In this document: positions 61,070 through 64,000 of the stretch, piece after piece
Position numbering within the stretch: position 1 is the first letter of the stretch
How the letters are laid out: each line of letters opens with the position of its first letter
Assembly (NCBI GenBank): GCA_965205015.1
Contig: OZ242029.1
Coordinates: forward strand, 2,048,001-2,112,000
Source: Candidatus Poribacteria bacterium
Lineage (GTDB): Bacteria > Poribacteria > WGA-4E > WGA-3G
Direction of reading: 5' to 3'
Length of the DNA: 64,000 bases
Notes under the pieces: generated by a model
Seen by the model: the letters and a program-made list of their open reading frames with translations, nothing else
Databases searched by the model: none
Told to the model about the DNA's origin: nothing
Program-made: the position numbers and the translations under genes

Positions 61070-62437
61070 CTAAAGCGGCACTGCCTTAGACGTATCACCG
61101 ATGCGTCGCATGGTAATGTCCTGTTCGACGGTTGGGTCAGGCAGTCCAGTTTCGGCGAGTCGGCGTTGCAGAAAAGCCGCCATATCCGCTTTCAAACGCG
61201 CAACGACATCATCCGCCTCTTCAGCCAGATTATAAACTTCATCAGGATCCTCTTCAAGATCGTAGAGTTCCAGATCCGGTGTCCCGTAAACGGCAGACGT
61301 GCCACCGGTTTCAACAATCAATTTCCACTTCTGGGTTTGCCACCCCCGCTTTTTCATCCACCCGCACTCTGTAAGATAGACCGACGCCGTCGTCCCATCG
61401 TTCGAGTTATTTTCCATCAAGGCGCGTAGGCTGGTACCTTCCATCTTCTCACGCGATGCCACAGCCGTCAACCCCGCATAATCAAGGAGGGTCGGGGCAA
61501 TGTCGGTAAGACGGACAAGACCGCCAAGCCGTTGGCCTTTAGGAAGAAGTGTCGGGCAGTGAACGATTAATGGCACGTGGCAATTCGTCTCATAGAGTCC
61601 ATGATGATCATACCAGAGTTCATGTTCATCGAGTTCCTCACCGTGATCTGCGGTAATCATCAGGAGCGTCTCCTCGAGTTGCCCGCAATCGTCCAAATAT
61701 CGGAACAATTGCGCCAGGCATGCATCCATATAAGCGATTGAGGCATCGTATTGCGCGTTCACGTACCGCCTGTCCGTCCAGAGCCGTTTCTTCGCGATGT
61801 TGTCCGGATCCGATGCGTCTGGCGTGCACATCCATTGCCGAAAATAGTCCGTAAAAGGTTCGCATGCGTAGACGGCATCCATGCTTCGATTGTTCGGGTC
61901 ACATTCGTCCCCGCTATAAAACATCCGTTCAAACGGCAACGGTGGAAGATACGGCGTGTGCGGATCCCAATAGTGAAGGAAAGCGAACCAAGGTTTATCC
62001 TGTGCCTGCGCCAGGTCTAAAAGTTCAATCGCCGTTTCGTTAACCGCCTCCGCCTTCCGAGCATTGCGGTAACCCGTTTCCCATTGGTAGCCGCGATACT
62101 GCGCTTCAGGAAAACCACGCTGAAACCAGCGTCCCAAGTTGTCCGCAGCAACCGTGAAGTAACCCGCTTCACGCAGCAGCTCAGGAGCCGTCTTCGTGTC
62201 CGTTGCCAAGTTGAGCGTCCCGCCCTGTGTAATGATTTGGTGGGACAAGACATCCTTACCCGTGAACATCGTCGTATGGGCAGGATGTGTCGGAATATGC
62301 GGGCTGATACACTTCTCAAAAAGCGTCGCCTTCTCTGCGAGAGCATCGAGGTGTGGCGTCGTCAGGTTGCGATGCCCGTAACAACTCATGCTCGATGCCC
62401 GTAGCGTATCTAACGAGATGAGGATGATATTACGCAA
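61070..62437 (-). CDS. Sulfatase-like alkaline-phosphatase-superfamily hydrolase
   Basis: NIILISLDTLRA, TPHLD, HYWDPHTPY, TADHGE, ELYDL..DP.E; AAGGAG RBS before TTG 62437. Confidence 0.85.
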   Translation of the reverse strand: MRNIILISLDTLRASSMSCYGHRNLTTPHLDALAEKATLFEKCISPHIPTHPAHTTMFTGKDVLSHQIITQGGTLNLATDTKTAPELLREAGYFTVAADNLGRWFQRGFPEAQYRGYQWETGYRNARKAEAVNETAIELLDLAQAQDKPWFAFLHYWDPHTPYLPPLPFERMFYSGDECDPNNRSMDAVYACEPFTDYFRQWMCTPDASDPDNIAKKRLWTDRRYVNAQYDASIAYMDACLAQLFRYLDDCGQLEETLLMITADHGEELDEHELWYDHHGLYETNCHVPLIVHCPTLLPKGQRLGGLVRLTDIAPTLLDYAGLTAVASREKMEGTSLRALMENNSNDGTTASVYLTECGWMKKRGWQTQKWKLIVETGGTSAVYGTPDLELYDLEEDPDEVYNLAEEADDVVARLKADMAAFLQRRLAETGLPDPTVEQDITMRRIGDTSKAVPL

Positions 62438-62459
62438 AAATTCGGCTCCTTTCCCAAAA

Positions 62460-63605
62460 CTAATCCCCTGCCGCAACATCTGCTGAGGACACTTGTGCCG
62501 CACGGATCGCCTCACAGAGATAAGTGATCCCCTCAGGGATGTCATCCACATGGCAGTAAGCGTACGCCAATCGGATCGCCTTTACAGGTGCACTCGCGTA
62601 GTGGAAAGCACTTCCGTTACTATATCCGACCCCTTTTGCCGAGGCGAGTTCCTGTAACTTGTTGAGATCCGTGGTCTCCGGCAGATCTATCCACAGGAAA
62701 AGTCCACCACGGGGGCGCGTCCATGTACAGAGATCGCTGACGTGCTGCTCAAGCGTCTCCACCACTGCGCGACATTTCGCACCCACCGCCGCATTCGTTT
62801 TCACGAGGTGCGCTTCCAAGTGTTCCATAAAGAATTCAGCAACGATGGCACTCGCCAACGCACTCGTCCCACCGTCCCAGCGGTTCTGGTGAATTTGTCC
62901 CCAATAAGGCTCCCTCGCCACAAAATATCCTTGACGAACACCTGCCCCTAAAATCTTGGAGAAAGTCGCAATGAAGATCACCCGATTCGAGGTATCCAAC
63001 TTAAAGAGTGAAGCCGGTGTGGGTGTCGATGTAAAGTCAATGTCGCCGTAGCAATCATCTTCAACGATGCGTGTATCGTACTCTTCCGCTAAGGCTAACA
63101 TCCGATGACGACGCTCCAGTGAGAGAATCGCACCTGTCGGATTCTGGTGGTTGGATGTCGTATAGATGAACGATGGACGGATATTCTGGCGTTTGAGTTC
63201 CGCAAGTTTTGCCGCCAGTGCATCCATATTCATGCCATCGATATAGTCCATCGGCACACCGACGATATTCGCCTTGAAGTGCCGCATGATCCCCAAAGTG
63301 CCGCTGTAGGTATATTCTTCTGTCAGTACCGTATCGCCGGGATTAATCAACGTCCCCAGGACCAATTCCAGTGCCTGCATGGAGCCTGAGGTAATTGAGA
63401 TGTTATCTATCGGCAGCGGGACACCTTCACGTCTCTCAAATCGCATGGATGCCAGTTCCCGCAATCCCTGGTAGCCTGATTCACCCGGGTAGTTGACCAG
63501 ATCGCCGCCCAACTTACGGAGCGCCTTTTCACTCGCAGCAATTAACCCTTCCGTCGGGAATGTGTACGGATCCGGACGCCCACCTGTAAAACCAAAGTCT
63601 TTCAT
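62460..63605 (-). CDS. PLP-dependent aminotransferase (2-aminoadipate transaminase/LysN-like)
   Basis: GGRPDP, GSMQAL, HQNPTG, EDDCY, TFSKIL, GGLFLW; GAAGGAG RBS. Confidence 0.88.
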   Translation of the reverse strand: MKDFGFTGGRPDPYTFPTEGLIAASEKALRKLGGDLVNYPGESGYQGLRELASMRFERREGVPLPIDNISITSGSMQALELVLGTLINPGDTVLTEEYTYSGTLGIMRHFKANIVGVPMDYIDGMNMDALAAKLAELKRQNIRPSFIYTTSNHQNPTGAILSLERRHRMLALAEEYDTRIVEDDCYGDIDFTSTPTPASLFKLDTSNRVIFIATFSKILGAGVRQGYFVAREPYWGQIHQNRWDGGTSALASAIVAEFFMEHLEAHLVKTNAAVGAKCRAVVETLEQHVSDLCTWTRPRGGLFLWIDLPETTDLNKLQELASAKGVGYSNGSAFHYASAPVKAIRLAYAYCHVDDIPEGITYLCEAIRAAQVSSADVAAGD

Positions 63606-63800
63606 GATATACTCCTTCTTCGCAGATTCCACATAAATGCATTATAACAGACTCGCTGAAAAAAGGCAACACCGAAAAACATACTGAATTTCGTTTTTCG
63701 TTGCTACAGGAAAGCCTATATGCTATAATGGGTAGACACCACGTGACAATAATAATTGCAAAGTTTGGTGAGAGATAAAACATGCGGGTTGGAGGTGCCC

Positions 63801-64000
63801 TTGAAAGCATTTCTGCGCAAACATCGAGAATTTTGGAAAACAGGAAAAACGAACTTTGCCCTTACCATAGGTTTGATACTCGGGAGCCTCTTTTTAGGCT
63901 ATGCCGTCTATCAAGAAATGAATGCCGGATGGAAAGGGTATAAATCGTTACGTATTGTACTAACGGACACATCAGTATTTATCCCTGTTGGTGGATTAAT
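63801..64000 (+). CDS. Membrane protein, 3'-truncated by the window edge; N-terminally complete paralogue of 41035-41385 and 46662-46952
   Basis: GGAGG RBS, TTG start, MKAFLRKHREFW...GWKGYKSLRIVLTDTSVFIPVGGL. Confidence 0.6.
   Translation, partial: MKAFLRKHREFWKTGKTNFALTIGLILGSLFLGYAVYQEMNAGWKGYKSLRIVLTDTSVFIPVGGL

Overview
A 64-kb bacterial chromosomal window of roughly 50% GC. Gene content suggests Candidatus Poribacteria or a relative (inference): a secreted Ig/YWTD/dockerin protein ending in an 'LLANYPNPFNPETWIPY' sorting-type tail, a giant TPR protein, Rpn paralogues and many GTAG-type REP hairpins. The housekeeping and metabolic backbone includes a sulfite/nitrite reductase-TusA fusion with MoeB, a kinase plus PorX-like regulator, rng, rplU-rpmA, guaA, an ECF sigma/anti-sigma pair, dprA, livGF, lgt, UPF0182, rpsU and groES-groEL. 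An accessory block at about 35.7-50.3 kb holds most of the unusual structure: (i) a lone IS200-type Y1 transposase whose stop codon lies inside a CRISPR-like array of 12 x 29-bp hairpin repeats separated by only two 20-bp spacers, with inverted repeat copies on the other side of the gene; (ii) two Rpn nucleases with identical N-termini, swapped C-termini and intragenic ribosome-binding sites; (iii) an IS nested in a MITE nested in a signal-peptide gene; (iv) a duplicated ~345-bp structured leader behind stacks of consensus sigma70 promoters. No rRNA, tRNA or cas genes were recognised. All product calls come from motif recognition by eye, not database searches.
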